Virus record (IMG/VR): IMGVR_UViG_3300045988_108791
Coordinates: 12,935-76,934 of that record
Strand: one strand, 5' to 3'
DNA: 64,000 nt
DNA from: a virus
The notes under the pieces were generated by a model, which made no database searches, was not told where the DNA came from, and was given only the letters and a program-made list of their open reading frames with translations. Below, one piece after another: positions 1 to 9,368 of the stretch; the stretch's first letter is position 1, and the number at the start of each line of letters is the position of its first letter. The translations under genes were made by a program, and so were the position numbers.

Positions 1-33
1 GCCTATGAAAGGCTTACTGGGGAGAGGTTAAGG

Positions 34-1626
34 ATGAAAAATGGGGAGCCAGATCCGGATATGCTTGATACCAACATATATGATTGGGATGATCCGAAAG
101 TTTTCAGGGATGCAAAGTATTTTTTAGGAGATGAATACTCTGATGATGAGATAAGGGAGATAATAGATGAAATATCTGGATATGGGGTATTAAATGGAAA
201 TATAATCAGGTCTAAAAACGTTGATAAGTTCATTGATTTATTTCTCGAAGGAAACCCCAATATATCTAACAAGGATGTAGAGAATTTTGTGAAAAGTCAT
301 GAAGTGGAACACAAAATTCATTATCCAGATTCAGGCGCAGATAAAAACGGATTTGATTTGAATAAGATAGATGATGATGAAGTAAAAGATTATTTCAAAG
401 AGGATCATTTTACGGAAATGGCGGCCAGAGGAACTCAGATTAAAAATTATTTTGGTTTGACCGATGATGCTCAAGAAGTGACGCCTGAAATGTTAGAATA
501 TGCAGCCAGAAATTACTTGAAGGATTATGGGTATGATAATGAGATGAAAGAATATTTTGAATCCATATCAGACTATAAAAAGGCTGCCAAATGGATAACA
601 GATCACGCCTCGGTGGGATTAGGGGCCTACTATGTAGGGGATAAGATTGCTAATCCTAAAAAAGAAAAGAAAAGAAACGGAGGGAAGCTTACTCCATACA
701 AAGCTGGTTTTCGTTTTATTGATCATAAAAAAGAATACGGAGATCCGAAAGATGCATCACACAGGATTCCAAGTAGGAAATTCATGTATTTCTATGAAAA
801 CGATAAACCGAGTAAAAGCATTGTGTTTGCTGAAGAAGGTGGCGTAATTGGCAAGCAGCGTGAAGCATATGATTACTTTACTAATAAGCGCGGCATGTCT
901 AAGATACAGGCGCTAGCCATCATAGGCAATCTCATGGCTGAATCCGGTCTTAAAGATGACATATATGGAGACAACAGAACATCATACGGCATACAACAAT
1001 GGCATAATGAGCGCATGGATAAGTTATTCAAGCACGCCAAAAAGAAAGGTCATTCTACACCCACATTCAAAGACCAACTTGAGTTTTTGGCTGACGAATA
1101 CGAAGGGAAAACCGGATATTCTAATTTCTTATACACAAGAAAAGGAAAAGAAGGACCAGGATATTACAACTACAGCCGGCAGGATTTTATGAACGCCGAT
1201 AACCTTAAGGATGCAGTAGTAGCTTGGAACCAAGGAGCAGGACGTCCTCATAAGAGTGTTATAAGAAACGATGACCGTTATAACTATGCTATGGAAGTTG
1301 CTAAAAATCTTGGTTTGGATATTGAAGAAAATTCCATAGCAGCATCGGTAACACTTCCAGAGGTAGAAGTGGCAGCCGCCCTCCCTAACCCGGAAGCTCC
1401 GTCCCCGGAGAGACAGTCCGAGGAAGAGAGATTCCGTACATGGACTGAAACGTATGGTAAAGATATCGTAGCTCATTTGTTGAGTTTAAAAGAAGATAAG
1501 GATGATGATAAAGAACTACGATACCAGCAGCATATGAAGGAAAACGAAGAAGATAAAAGACGAGCCTTTATCCAATCAGTCCTTCCCAGTATTCAACTCC
1601 GGATTAAGGGAGTGACAGAAGTTTAA
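34..1626 (+). CDS. virion-associated protein with phage tail-lysozyme-type muramidase domain (possibly 5'-partial)
   Basis: 530-aa ORF; the frame is open back to nt 1, so the real start may lie upstream of the window. Segment KIQALAIIGNLMAESGLKDDIYGDNRTSYGIQQWHNER fits the GN..ESG....G.QW signature of phage tail-lysozyme (Phage_lysozyme2-like) domains. Acidic low-complexity flanks. Confidence 0.65.
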   Translation: MKNGEPDPDMLDTNIYDWDDPKVFRDAKYFLGDEYSDDEIREIIDEISGYGVLNGNIIRSKNVDKFIDLFLEGNPNISNKDVENFVKSHEVEHKIHYPDSGADKNGFDLNKIDDDEVKDYFKEDHFTEMAARGTQIKNYFGLTDDAQEVTPEMLEYAARNYLKDYGYDNEMKEYFESISDYKKAAKWITDHASVGLGAYYVGDKIANPKKEKKRNGGKLTPYKAGFRFIDHKKEYGDPKDASHRIPSRKFMYFYENDKPSKSIVFAEEGGVIGKQREAYDYFTNKRGMSKIQALAIIGNLMAESGLKDDIYGDNRTSYGIQQWHNERMDKLFKHAKKKGHSTPTFKDQLEFLADEYEGKTGYSNFLYTRKGKEGPGYYNYSRQDFMNADNLKDAVVAWNQGAGRPHKSVIRNDDRYNYAMEVAKNLGLDIEENSIAASVTLPEVEVAAALPNPEAPSPERQSEEERFRTWTETYGKDIVAHLLSLKEDKDDDKELRYQQHMKENEEDKRRAFIQSVLPSIQLRIKGVTEV

Positions 1627-1658
1627 TTGAAACCAATTTTTTTTCATATCAATGTTTC

Positions 1659-1735
1659 TAAAGCCGAGCCATAGACTCGTTACCCGGATTCCGAAGGTTG
1701 AAGGACGTGATCAAGAGGGCTCGGCTTTCTTATGT
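1659..1735 (+). terminator. long stem-loop downstream of first gene (terminator or structured RNA element)
   Basis: Perfect 11-bp stem AAAGCCGAGCC (1659-1669) / GGCTCGGCTTT (1717-1727) enclosing 47 nt, followed by CTTATGTTTCG. The loop is too long for a canonical intrinsic terminator, so the function is uncertain. Confidence 0.3.
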
Positions 1736-1887
1736 TTCGTACCGATTACAATCTGCAATGATAGGGACTGACCTGGACCTGCGCCTGGGCTAACGCTGTC
1801 CTGCCTCACAACACACGACGGCCTCGCCTACTCGCCTGCCTGCTTATCTCGTGGCTACTCGTAAAACTGTTATCGCTTCTCTCAACC

Positions 1888-2093
1888 TCACTCCCTTCGG
1901 TCGATTCGGTTTCAATCGCTTTATATAGATATTGAAAATATAAAAATATATTTTCGTTCTTTCGCATATCTCCCTCCGGTCGATATCCTCAATCACTTTT
2001 AATCTCAATCAGGCTAAAAAGTAAATAGTCGTAATGATAAATTATTAATCGTTCCGAAATCTCACTCACTACGTTCGATTCGATTCCGAAACT
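1888..2093. repeat. three degenerate ~32-bp direct repeats (iteron-like)
   Basis: R1 1888-1921 cactcccttcggtcgattcggtttcaatcgcttt; R2 1969-2000 tctccctccggtcgatatcctcaatcactttt; R3 2061-2093 ctcactcactacgttcgattcgattccgaaact. Shared core CTCCC-TCGGTCGAT...TCAATC-CTTT, spaced 81-92 bp apart. Confidence 0.5.
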
Positions 2094-2270
2094 ATAAAAG
2101 TATATTTAAAACAGTATTAATATTTAAAAAAATATGAATAACATATAAATATATAAAATGAATACGACTGAATGGAGTATGAATGGAATATATAATATGG
2201 GAAATTTATTTATCCTATTATACCTTTAGATAACTTGTCCCACCACTGACGTTCAGGAACTTACGGGTAC
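2094..2270. repeat. AT-rich tract with reiterated ATGAAT(A/G) motifs
   Basis: About 80% A+T. atgaataaca, aatgaatacg, ctgaatgg and atgaatgg recur within ~70 bp immediately after the iteron-like repeats. This arrangement resembles a DNA-unwinding element. Confidence 0.3.
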
Positions 2271-2303
2271 GGTACGAATCGGTTACGTTTACCATACCTA
2301 TAT

Positions 2304-2350
2304 GAAACAAAAAACCCTGTATCCTATTTTTCTCAAACCGGATACAGGGT
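2304..2350 (-). terminator. rho-independent terminator (minus-strand orientation; may also insulate + strand)
   Basis: 11-bp stem ACCCTGTATCC (2314-2324) / GGATACAGGGT (2340-2350) with a 15-nt loop. On the minus strand it is followed by TTTTTTGTTTC. It lies inside the predicted ORF 2218..2460 (-), which is therefore probably spurious. Confidence 0.5.
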
Positions 2351-2387
2351 CGTGCAATTTCTTTACTGTTAGTATGAATACTTTTCG

Positions 2388-2395
2388 TATATTTG
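2388..2395 (+). promoter_or_regulatory. Bacteroidota-type -7 promoter element TAtaTTTG
   Basis: TATATTTG sits 16 nt upstream of ATG 2412. The same TAnnTTTG motif recurs upstream of several + strand genes. Confidence 0.4.
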
Positions 2396-2411
2396 CACAA
2401 AACAAAAAACA

Positions 2412-3437
2412 ATGGCAAAGATAGCAGAAATGACATATTGCGACAAGCTTCACAAATCACTCCTTAAAAAGGAGGCGGTTTCACCCCTTGAGGTTATCTA
2501 TAATAATCACAATCAGTTAGGCTATAATGTAGTACGTAGACCAGCCGGTCAATGTTTAGGCAATTTAAAGTATTTTAATCTATTTTATAACGGCAGATTT
2601 GATAGGTGGTACAAAGTTGATGAGAAACAAAGGGTTGGTAAATACTTTGTCATCACCGACTACTGGAAGGATCGCGTGCGTTGCTTCATGGTCTGGAACT
2701 ACGGATTTGGTCGTTATTTCCCGTACAATGATTTTGTGGAGGCTATGGTTTATGATTACCGTCGTTTTGGTCGTCTCTGTAAGCCTCGTAGCAAGAAAGC
2801 TCAAGAAGCTGAAGAAAAGTGTGTTAGATTTTATGTAAGGTCTCAGATAGACTTGATGAGAAAGGGTGGATATCAGTCTTTTAGGGCTCAATTCGCAGAA
2901 GAGCATCCTGAATATTTCATTGGAAAAGAACGTACCACATTTAGATGTCTTAATGGAGCTCTTAGTAGAGATGAGAAGATAGCCGCCTGCCATGCTCATA
3001 AAAGAGATCTCAGAACCAGCATATTGGATAGCTTTGCTGATAGGATTGCCAAACACCCAAGCACGGCATGGTCCTGGTTTTCACATGCAACAGATAAACA
3101 AGGCAAGAACCGGATGTGTTTTTCGGGGAAGGCTTTGATGTTTTTAAATAAGCGTCTTAGAAATAATGGTCTTAAGGAGTTATCTGCATCATATTTGTAT
3201 AAATCATTCAGGATGAGATTATTAAAGCGATTTGATGGGAAATACAATTCTGTTCGTTCGTTCCTTAATGCGGTGGTGATGTCTGCCTTATCTTCAGATG
3301 TTATTGCCAAGGCTATGAAGAAAATCCAGAGCCCGGTTGTATTATCTATATACAGGAAAGCTCTCAAGTTGTACAAGAAGAAAGAAAAGGCTGTCAACGC
3401 TCCTATAAATAAAGAGGCTCCACCTCTACCATCTTGA
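2412..3437 (+). CDS. basic aromatic-rich hypothetical protein (weak HUH-like motif pattern)
   Basis: 341 aa, rich in R/K/F/Y. Contains FVITD (motif-1-like), CHAHKRD (H-hydrophobic-H) and SASYLYK (Y..Y.K), but the spacing is atypical for rolling-circle Rep proteins. Confidence 0.6.
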   Translation: MAKIAEMTYCDKLHKSLLKKEAVSPLEVIYNNHNQLGYNVVRRPAGQCLGNLKYFNLFYNGRFDRWYKVDEKQRVGKYFVITDYWKDRVRCFMVWNYGFGRYFPYNDFVEAMVYDYRRFGRLCKPRSKKAQEAEEKCVRFYVRSQIDLMRKGGYQSFRAQFAEEHPEYFIGKERTTFRCLNGALSRDEKIAACHAHKRDLRTSILDSFADRIAKHPSTAWSWFSHATDKQGKNRMCFSGKALMFLNKRLRNNGLKELSASYLYKSFRMRLLKRFDGKYNSVRSFLNAVVMSALSSDVIAKAMKKIQSPVVLSIYRKALKLYKKKEKAVNAPINKEAPPLPS

Positions 3438-3483
3438 TTTTTAAACTGATTCGATTCCGTTGGATTTTCTCGTTCGTTTCTCT

Positions 3484-3491
3484 TATCTTTG
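3484..3491 (+). promoter_or_regulatory. -7 promoter element TAtcTTTG
   Basis: TATCTTTG is 16 nt upstream of ATG 3508. Confidence 0.35.
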
Positions 3492-3507
3492 TGAAAAAAG
3501 AGAAGAT

Positions 3508-6309
3508 ATGAGATTACGAATCATAAAAAATCGTCCAATATTCGCACCAGGAGGTAGTGTTCAAGACGTTACCCAGCAGGCGGACACGACATCTAATCCT
3601 TATATCAATATGGACATGTCTAATGTTCCTGGTATGATTGAGATAAATGAGGATATAAACAAGATGGAGGCTGGTTTTGATAATATAGTAGGTCCTGATT
3701 ATTCTACTATAAAATTACAGGAGCCTTCTATGCCCACCATGAACGTAAATAATAACGTCACCGTAGATCCGTCGTCTATGCCGAAGGGTACTGTAGTGGA
3801 TGTTAATGATGCTAACAATGAAAAAGATAAGCGATCTCAAGACGGCAATCCTCTTGATCCTATGACTATGCCGTATTACTCGCCTGATCTCGGTGGTCGG
3901 GCTCAGATGTTTGGTGCCAGTCTTGGCCGGATAAGAGCCGGTAATAAGGTGGGCGCTAACGTTGCTCAAGCTGCCTTGTCTGGTGTTAGTTTAGGATTAG
4001 GTCTTACCCGTAATATCATGGGGGCTTCATCTGCTGCGTACGCAGCCAGCAGGGACGAGCAGGCAGCGAGGGAAAAACTTGCCAAGGAGCGCCGTCAGCA
4101 ATTCATCAAGTGGGAACGTGAAGGTGGTGGCGTGAATTTAGGTAACGGTCAGAAGATGGATACGTCCGATATGACTGGAGAATACATTTATCCTCTTCCT
4201 AAATCTATGGATGATAATGCTAACGTAGAGATAGAGAAAGGCGAGTATGTGCTGACTCCTGACTCCGTAGGACCTATGGAAGCCAAAGGGAACAGACATG
4301 AAGATGGTGGCACTCCCGTTGATTTGCCTGAAGCTCATATTATTTCAGATTACCGTACTATCGATGATGATTTTGCTTCTTATATTAGAGAAAATTACGG
4401 TATTAAGGCAACGTCTAAAGATACGTATGCTACACTCCTTGATCGATATAAGAAAAAGATTGGTTTGTCTGATAAGTATGAGGAACAGGAAAAGGTGTAT
4501 AAGAGATTGGATAAGAACGAGGATGTGAAAGATAAAAACACATCTGAGTTGAATAAATCCATTCTTTCCAAGTACGTCAATGATAATCAAAAAGAAATAG
4601 ACGAACTCGAATCTCAATTTAGGGCTTTCGCTGAAATCGTTTATGGTAAGCAAGAAGAGTCGAAGAGAAATGAGAAGATGGAGGCCTTCTTTAGAGAAGG
4701 AGGAGTCGTTGACTTAAACCAGGTAAAGAAGCAGGCGAAGGCTTTTAATATTTCCGGGTCAGATGCCAAGAACTGGATATATGACGAGTATGTTAAGCAA
4801 ACCAGAAAAATGGCTGAAGGTGGACCTACTCAGAAGGAGCTGGAGGAACTTAGAAAGAATGCTATCGGCTACAATAAGCTTATCAATCAGTTATTTGGAC
4901 GAACTCTTAATATGACTGTATCTGATGTTAGTGGTCGTGAGCAGATTCTTAATCCTGATTCCAGTGTCAATGCCAACCAGAATCTCCAACATAGAAGCAA
5001 TTTAGGATACGGAAGGGTAAATGATAAGGCGGTATCTAATTTGCTTGATGTAAACCGATGGGCTAACAAGTACAATACGGATGGTGATTTTGATACAGAA
5101 GGTTTTCAGAAAGGATATAACAGGCAATTAAATGCATTGTGGGCGTTAGCTGATGTAGGTGCTATCACGAATGCTGATGCAGCCAAGAAATTCAGAGATG
5201 AGTACGGATTCTGGGGCCAGGATGCCGGAAGCTACGGAGGTAATCAGGCTTATAATTCATTTGCCGTAGATGATAAGTTTGGTCAGACAACAGCCACCCG
5301 TTCTTATTATGGATTGGACGTTGTTTCGGCAGAGCAAAAAAGATTGTTAAACGAAAAAGGGATAAAGAATTATGTTGACTTATTTGGTGATAAATCTGAT
5401 GCCGCTAAGAAGATTCTGGGCTCCGATTATAATAAGTTTGTTGCTTTAAGAGATAGTGGGTTAATGCCGGAAATAGACTTCGTTCTTGAGTCTGTTAAAC
5501 CAGAAATGAAGCCTATTGAGGCCGGTCCCATAGCACCAGGCCTTACACCGCCTAAGATTGGATCTCCTGGAAGGATAGAGGTAAAACCGAAAGCAAGTAC
5601 GCCTACGACTGCAACCGACACCGATACAGAGGAGGTGGTTGAAGACAACGGACCTAAAGGACAGGGCAGACCGGCGGCGTTCGGTCCTATCTTCCCGGAG
5701 ATGCTGAGAACGCTCGATACAGGCTTGAAGATAGAAGGTCTGGAAAGACATCAGGCTCCGAGAATAGATCCGGTTCTTCAATCTGCTGATCAGTATATCA
5801 ACGAGCTCAACCGCGCGACATCGGCTCAGTTAGACGCAGTAGGTGACGTACCTGACTCCCAGCGAGCTGCTATTCTGGCTAATATGAACGCCATAGCTGG
5901 AAGCAATATAGCCAAGTACGTTAATGAAGTAAATTTCAATAACGCAAGGCAAATAAACGAAGCTGATAGATTCAATGAAATGGCTTATGTTCAGACAGAC
6001 GATAAGAACATAGCGGAAAGGCAACGTTATGAATCTGGATTATTGAAGGCTATGGCTATAAGGGATGAAAATCTTGCTCGTTATTATGATAGCATAAACA
6101 GCGAGATACAGAATAAGTTCAATGTTCGTACATCGTTGAATACCATAGCTTCCATAGCTCCGAATATGAGAATGCTTCCAAGTGGTCAAATTGTTTACGT
6201 TCAAGGTGATCAGGATGTGATGAATATGGGTGATTATTCTACACCTTATTTGAAGAGCTTGGAGGATGATGAAGAAGATAAATATAAAAAGAGAAGGAGA
6301 AATAGCTGA
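3508..6309 (+). CDS. large virion-associated protein (933 aa), function unknown
   Basis: The ORF track begins at TTG 3460. ATG 3508 (MRLRIIKN...) is preferred because a -7 element lies just upstream. The stop overlaps the next start (ATGA at 6307-6311). N/D/K-rich with a coiled-coil middle. Contains NTDGDFD. Confidence 0.7.
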   Translation: MRLRIIKNRPIFAPGGSVQDVTQQADTTSNPYINMDMSNVPGMIEINEDINKMEAGFDNIVGPDYSTIKLQEPSMPTMNVNNNVTVDPSSMPKGTVVDVNDANNEKDKRSQDGNPLDPMTMPYYSPDLGGRAQMFGASLGRIRAGNKVGANVAQAALSGVSLGLGLTRNIMGASSAAYAASRDEQAAREKLAKERRQQFIKWEREGGGVNLGNGQKMDTSDMTGEYIYPLPKSMDDNANVEIEKGEYVLTPDSVGPMEAKGNRHEDGGTPVDLPEAHIISDYRTIDDDFASYIRENYGIKATSKDTYATLLDRYKKKIGLSDKYEEQEKVYKRLDKNEDVKDKNTSELNKSILSKYVNDNQKEIDELESQFRAFAEIVYGKQEESKRNEKMEAFFREGGVVDLNQVKKQAKAFNISGSDAKNWIYDEYVKQTRKMAEGGPTQKELEELRKNAIGYNKLINQLFGRTLNMTVSDVSGREQILNPDSSVNANQNLQHRSNLGYGRVNDKAVSNLLDVNRWANKYNTDGDFDTEGFQKGYNRQLNALWALADVGAITNADAAKKFRDEYGFWGQDAGSYGGNQAYNSFAVDDKFGQTTATRSYYGLDVVSAEQKRLLNEKGIKNYVDLFGDKSDAAKKILGSDYNKFVALRDSGLMPEIDFVLESVKPEMKPIEAGPIAPGLTPPKIGSPGRIEVKPKASTPTTATDTDTEEVVEDNGPKGQGRPAAFGPIFPEMLRTLDTGLKIEGLERHQAPRIDPVLQSADQYINELNRATSAQLDAVGDVPDSQRAAILANMNAIAGSNIAKYVNEVNFNNARQINEADRFNEMAYVQTDDKNIAERQRYESGLLKAMAIRDENLARYYDSINSEIQNKFNVRTSLNTIASIAPNMRMLPSGQIVYVQGDQDVMNMGDYSTPYLKSLEDDEEDKYKKRRRNS

Positions 6310-9300
6310 TGGCTTCACAATATAGTATTTTAAGGCAATATGCCCCGTATGTTAGTCCTTACAACATAGATCTTGTTAAGGACGTCATGATGTACAAACA
6401 GCAGAAGGTTGATGCTGCTCGTGAAAAGATCTATACCCAGGTAGATTATCTTATGGGTCAAGAGATAGATAAGCCTGAAGCCCGAGCTTATATGGAGGAT
6501 AAGATGTCAGGTGTGATTGCTAACATCAATCAAAAATTTAAAGGCGTGGATCTTTCTTCTGATGGAGTTACGAGAGCCATACAAGGAGAGATTAGCTCGG
6601 TGCTGGACGATACGGTCATTAACGCGATTGCCGGCACAAAAGAAGGCAAGAGGGTTATGAAGGAAATAGAATCTATAAAACAGAATCATCCTGAACTTTA
6701 TTCTCCTATTAATGAATGGCATGCTTTGGATCCTTATTACAAATGGAGGTCAGATGGTAAAGCAGGATCAAGGTTAGGAGGTCTTCATTATTCTCCTTAT
6801 GTCGATTATACTAAGGAGATAAATAAGCTGGTTAGTGACTTTAGGAAAAATAACGAAGGCAAGAAGATTCAGACAACAGAATATGATGTTAAAGGTAATC
6901 CTACTGGTGGTATTATAGAAGTTAATGTAGATGAACTTACAGATTCCCAGATAAGGAATTTTGTGTCTGCTAACTTATCTGAAAACATGAGGAATCAGAT
7001 GAGAATAGAAGCATCGTACATGGCAGCCACCAATCCGGTGTTCAGTAATCCGGATTTGGTTAGTCAATACATTGGGTCTTATGTCGAAAGATACGATAGA
7101 CACATAGGGGCATTGGAGGCTAAAAAGAAATCAGTAGGTGATAACAAGAGTATTATTGATCGTATTGACAGTCAGATACAGGAAGCTAAAAATCAGAAAG
7201 CAGAAGCCAAGAGGGAGGCAGATATGATAATAGCTTCGTCAGATCCGGTAGCGGCCGCTAATTTTGTTGTTACCAATAATCTTTTCGATAAGATGACTGA
7301 TGCATGGAGATACGACAATACAAGTTTTGAAAGGAAGAAAGATGATCTTTATTTTGCAAGGTTGGCAGAGGATAGGGCTCAGCAAAAGTTTTTGACTGAC
7401 AATGCTAAGTCTATGGTTGAAATATCATTGGCAAAAGAGAAACTTGCTCAGGCTAAGATTGAAACCGAGTACATGCGCACTTACGGCTCCAAGATGGGAA
7501 CTGAAAGCTCATCCGCAGGCGCAACAGGCGCAGGCGGCATGAGAGTGCCGATGGCTCCTATGGACGGGCCTACGGCCATTAACTCTGGCACAGGTAAGAC
7601 AGGATCTGTTAATTTGGCCAATATTCCTTACGAGTTACTTAAATCTCATTCTACAGATCGTAAAGCTAATTTATTGAAATTATATAACTCATTATCTCCT
7701 ACAGACAGAAGCAATATCGTTGCAGCATCATACGAAGAAGAAAAAACTGATCCAGGATTGTACGCTAATATGACTCCTGAAGAGCGGATATATTCTTATT
7801 TAAAAAACAATGGAGGTCAGAAAAACGGATATTTCGGGCAAGGCAATAACAGATTATCTGAAGCTTATGATGCTTTACTTCTTTCTGATTCTAAGGCAAA
7901 TGGAGCCACAAAGGCTGTAAATAACATAACTGATTATCAAATAGATAATATAGTTACTGAAAAAAATAAGGATATTATTAGGAAAGTTCGTAATGCTAAG
8001 TTTATGAAAGGAAATTCTTTTATAAATCTTACCGATACAGATGATAAGGCTGGAGCTTTCCTACTCGCCACGGCCATAACAACTGGCGTATCTGATGCCG
8101 TAGGGTTTAGAGAGTACATGATGGATCCTTCGAGAGGAATAGATATTCTTAGTGCTATATCTCCGTCATTAGGAGCTAAGGCGAGTGCTGGCAAGTTGGG
8201 GAAAAACATATCTGATGCTATTACAAGCGAAGGCAATGGTTCTTCTACTGGTACGTTGGCTCTTATTAATGGAATGAAGAAACTTAATGGTGATCCCGAT
8301 TTTAATATATCTGATTATATGACTATAGATAAGGATGGTGATATAGATCTAAAGGATTATCAGGAAGGGGAGCCTTTGACTATTACTCAGTTAAGATATG
8401 CTGAGAAAAATAGTAGAGTGTCTGACATGATAGCGGGTCAGATGCAGGACGAGATAAAAATGTCTGTATCTCCCGATCAGATTTCTGATAATTTGTCTCA
8501 GTATCATTACCTTGATTCTTACAAAAGATACAATTGGAATGCCGATTCACCAGAAAAGTCTTTGCAGAAGGCTCAGTTTAGAAGATTGTCTGGTTACATG
8601 GCAGGAAAGGTAAATAATCTGGATCCTACTGCTATTAACACCATCAATATGGACGCCGAGATAGATAATGGCACTGTCAGAAGATTCTTGACTGCTCAAG
8701 TAGGGTCCGGTGAAAATTCTTATGTTACAGAAAGGGTTGAGATCACGAATGACGAGCTTATTAAGGCGGGTATAGATCCTTCGGTCGAGGAACGTAATTA
8801 TCCGGTGGATGGTTACAAATCAAGTTTTGGAACTTGTGATTTTGTAGATACCGGAAAGAAGGAAGGCTATTCTTATGATAAGTATCTCATACGTAATGGT
8901 CTTCCCCGTTTGGCTTCTAAGGCTGATGTTAAGAATGATCTTTATGATATAGTAAAAGTGCATGGTTCTTATCTTAAGCCTGAGGAAATGAATGTTGTTA
9001 AAACCCTTGTCGATAATTTCATTGATATGTCTGACAACATATCAGTTCAGTTGGAAGGAATGGATGACAGGGGTTCGAGAGAGGTAGCGGTCAATTTCTA
9101 TGATAAAAGGACTAAAAATTCTAAAAATCCTGCATTGTTGTTCTCGGATTTTGTTCCTTTGGATCCGGGTAATGATGAGTATGCGGATTACTGGAATAAC
9201 ATTCACCAGAAGTGTCCTCAGTACTTCTTTGTAAAATACGTGAAGGAGGCTGTTCAAGAGCGTCTTGATCAGATGAGGGATCCGTATATGAGAGGAATAA

Positions 9301-9368
9301 ATATCATGCCCAACATGAATGACAAGTTTAGTAAGTTGAACGATTTGTTGCAAAAAATTTATGGCTGA
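6309..9368 (+). CDS. large virion-associated protein (1019 aa), function unknown
   Basis: AAGGAG lies 10 nt upstream. Start and stop are coupled to the flanking genes. There is a Gly/Ala-rich segment (SSSAGATGAGGMRVPMAPMDGP) and a DKDGDID motif (EF-hand-like or DxDGD-like). Confidence 0.75.
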   Translation: MASQYSILRQYAPYVSPYNIDLVKDVMMYKQQKVDAAREKIYTQVDYLMGQEIDKPEARAYMEDKMSGVIANINQKFKGVDLSSDGVTRAIQGEISSVLDDTVINAIAGTKEGKRVMKEIESIKQNHPELYSPINEWHALDPYYKWRSDGKAGSRLGGLHYSPYVDYTKEINKLVSDFRKNNEGKKIQTTEYDVKGNPTGGIIEVNVDELTDSQIRNFVSANLSENMRNQMRIEASYMAATNPVFSNPDLVSQYIGSYVERYDRHIGALEAKKKSVGDNKSIIDRIDSQIQEAKNQKAEAKREADMIIASSDPVAAANFVVTNNLFDKMTDAWRYDNTSFERKKDDLYFARLAEDRAQQKFLTDNAKSMVEISLAKEKLAQAKIETEYMRTYGSKMGTESSSAGATGAGGMRVPMAPMDGPTAINSGTGKTGSVNLANIPYELLKSHSTDRKANLLKLYNSLSPTDRSNIVAASYEEEKTDPGLYANMTPEERIYSYLKNNGGQKNGYFGQGNNRLSEAYDALLLSDSKANGATKAVNNITDYQIDNIVTEKNKDIIRKVRNAKFMKGNSFINLTDTDDKAGAFLLATAITTGVSDAVGFREYMMDPSRGIDILSAISPSLGAKASAGKLGKNISDAITSEGNGSSTGTLALINGMKKLNGDPDFNISDYMTIDKDGDIDLKDYQEGEPLTITQLRYAEKNSRVSDMIAGQMQDEIKMSVSPDQISDNLSQYHYLDSYKRYNWNADSPEKSLQKAQFRRLSGYMAGKVNNLDPTAINTINMDAEIDNGTVRRFLTAQVGSGENSYVTERVEITNDELIKAGIDPSVEERNYPVDGYKSSFGTCDFVDTGKKEGYSYDKYLIRNGLPRLASKADVKNDLYDIVKVHGSYLKPEEMNVVKTLVDNFIDMSDNISVQLEGMDDRGSREVAVNFYDKRTKNSKNPALLFSDFVPLDPGNDEYADYWNNIHQKCPQYFFVKYVKEAVQERLDQMRDPYMRGINIMPNMNDKFSKLNDLLQKIYG

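Noticed and set aside
3-272. Minus-strand ORF 3-272 at the window edge
   Set aside because: Antisense to the lysozyme-domain gene and low-complexity. Spurious.
2068-2093. tRNA T-arm-like string GTTCGATTCGATTCCGAA
   Set aside because: No matching acceptor, D or anticodon stems could be built around it. It is part of iteron-like repeat R3. No tRNA called anywhere in the window.
2218-2460. Minus-strand ORF 2218-2460 (80 aa)
   Set aside because: It contains the 2304-2350 hairpin terminator and the promoter of the 2412 gene, and it has an odd composition. Unlikely to be coding.
2580-3056. Numerous 60-240-aa ORFs antisense to large genes (e.g. 2580-3056, 19639-20358, 20348-20923, 21582-22133, 30579-31079 and 42868-43302, plus many in the ORF track)
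   Set aside because: They lie wholly inside much longer ORFs on the opposite strand. Their compositions are low-complexity (L/S/F/I-rich) and they would break the consistent operon orientation of each block. Treated as spurious.
7570-7600. Walker-A-like SGTGKTGS in the 1019-aa protein (possible ATPase or terminase)
   Set aside because: It does not fit G-x4-GK[ST] spacing, there is no Walker B or other ATPase motif downstream, and it sits in a Gly/Ala-rich low-complexity stretch.
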